Shown here piece after piece: positions 62,697 to 64,000 of a DNA stretch of 64,000 bases. The number at the start of each line of letters is the position of its first letter. The first letter of the stretch is position 1. Below the pieces are notes generated by a model. That model ran no database searches and was not told the origin of the DNA. It saw only the letters and a program-made list of their open reading frames with translations. A program made the translations under genes and the position numbers. The DNA lies in the NCBI GenBank assembly GCA_976551045.1, contig CDPCPM010000011.1:15190001-15254000 (forward strand), read 5' to 3'. This DNA comes from Glaucostegus cemiculus (taxonomy: Eukaryota).

Positions 62697-63634
62697 CTGA
62701 AAAAAAATGTGTCCACATCAAAAGTAGCAAACTACAATCTTAACTGAAAGGTAAGGTGAATTTTCTTCAACTTACATGCAGAACAAAATTCACCATTTTC
62801 AATTTTATTCTGCATTCATGTGAGTAAAACTCCATTTTCAATGTGTTCACAGAATATCATTGAGAAAGATACATTCACCATCCTGGAAGTGCAACACTGG
62901 TCATAGCAGAGAGAGGCAGAATGTCATGGAGGATACATGATGAGGATTTGTTACCAGTCAGGAGGTAGGGCATCATGATCTTGTGGATCTGATCATATTA
63001 CCGGGGAAGGGAGGGGTAGTAATTGGCGGCTGTGAAGGCATCATGGTCATGATAAGTGGAGGTGAGTGGGTGAGGTTGTAGTCAAGAGTTTCAGGATCAT
63101 GATTGGGGATGGTGTGATATTGGCCCCAATGCAGAACTGCTGCAATGAATAAGGATTTACTTACAGACCACCAAAGCTAAGCTATTTCCACAGCCACACC
63201 ACTGGGACTGTAGCCACCCAGACACAATTCCTTAAAATTTCACTGAAACCTATTTGTACATGTGGCTGCATCATCTAGGATTATATACAGAACCCAACAA
63301 TGAAATTTGTGAAAAATGATGTCCAGGCATCTTTTGCAAATTATTGAACGACAATGTGTATTTCTCTGCACCTCTATACATTAACCTACATGCCACCTAC
63401 AGAGAGAACCCAGAAGGAAAATTACAAACTTTGGGATCACCACAAAATATCGTTTTCATGAGTGAAATCATTTCACTGTTCCCATGACCACTGCACCTCA
63501 CTAAAGAAATTCTGGACCATAGATTCCATGTTGTAGCACCAAACAGTAGGCACATGATGAGATAAATGAAAGGCACAAACTTTGCAGAAGACAACATAGT
63601 ATATTAGTATTCCAATACAATGTGCCACCTGACT

Positions 63635-64000
63635 ATCCATCTAACTGATCCTACTGAACTTTTTGATGAGGTAACAAAGAGGATTGCAGAAGATCTGACA
63701 TTTGCAAAACATGGATTTTAGAAAGGCAATTGACAAAATCCCACAAGACAGATTGATCATTAAAGAAAAGCCCCACAATATCAAAAGGAGATAGGCAAGT
63801 TACATTTAAAACTGGCTCAATGGGAGAAAGCAAAGAGAAATAGCTAACATGAACTTTATTGACTGGAAGATTGTGTGAAGTGGGGTTTTGCAAAGATCAG
63901 TACTAGGTCCCCTTTCTTTTGTGATATATGTCAATAACTTGGACTTAAATGTAGAGTCCCTGATTCAGAAGATTGGGAACATGAGTGACAGGAAAAAAGT
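63635..64000 (+). mobile_element. CR1 RT fragment, runs off the window end
   Basis: TDPTELFDEVTKR...MD-RKAIDKIP...SGVLQRSVLGPLSFVIYVNNLDLNVE. Confidence 0.75.

Noticed and set aside
62880-63560. G-rich low-complexity stretch plus faint transposase-like peptides
   Set aside because: Too decayed to assign and no terminal repeats found; similar low-complexity patches occur near 4060-4260 and 36500-36720.
1-64000. Most short ORFs in the six-frame track as independent genes
   Set aside because: Apart from those overlapping dynein exons, they are 60-180 aa chance frames, antisense readings of repeats or LINE RT fragments, with no coherent splice chain.

Overview
This is AT-rich eukaryotic genomic DNA. 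The repeat content (HE1-like V-SINEs, Deu-SINE relics, CR1, Rex/Babar, RTE, Tx1 and Penelope-derived repeats) points to a cartilaginous fish, probably an elasmobranch (inference). The whole window lies inside one minus-strand axonemal outer-arm dynein heavy chain gene, most likely DNAH9. I traced 11 internal coding exons (62696 down to 5229; 1902 nt, 634 codons). All introns are GT-AG, splice phases are consistent and there are no stops. The exons encode AAA3 (GNAGTGKS), AAA4 (GVGGSGKQ) and the start of the stalk coiled coil; the gene start and end lie outside the window. The introns are full of decayed retroelements. Main observations: (1) Penelope-type short repeats carrying minimal hammerhead-ribozyme motifs, one flanked by an exact 16-bp target-site duplication and two sharing a CAGATGA (U4A) core variant; (2) V-SINEs with related heads but two different LINE-derived tails; (3) an inverted SINE pair bracketing a frameshifting exon; (4) nested insertions, including a 408-bp solo LTR with a 5-bp TSD; (5) non-repetitive intronic blocks with Pbx-Hox/Meis motif clusters. 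No prokaryotic-type system (CRISPR, operon) is present. Repeat family names come from motif recognition, not database searches, and most repeat boundaries are approximate.
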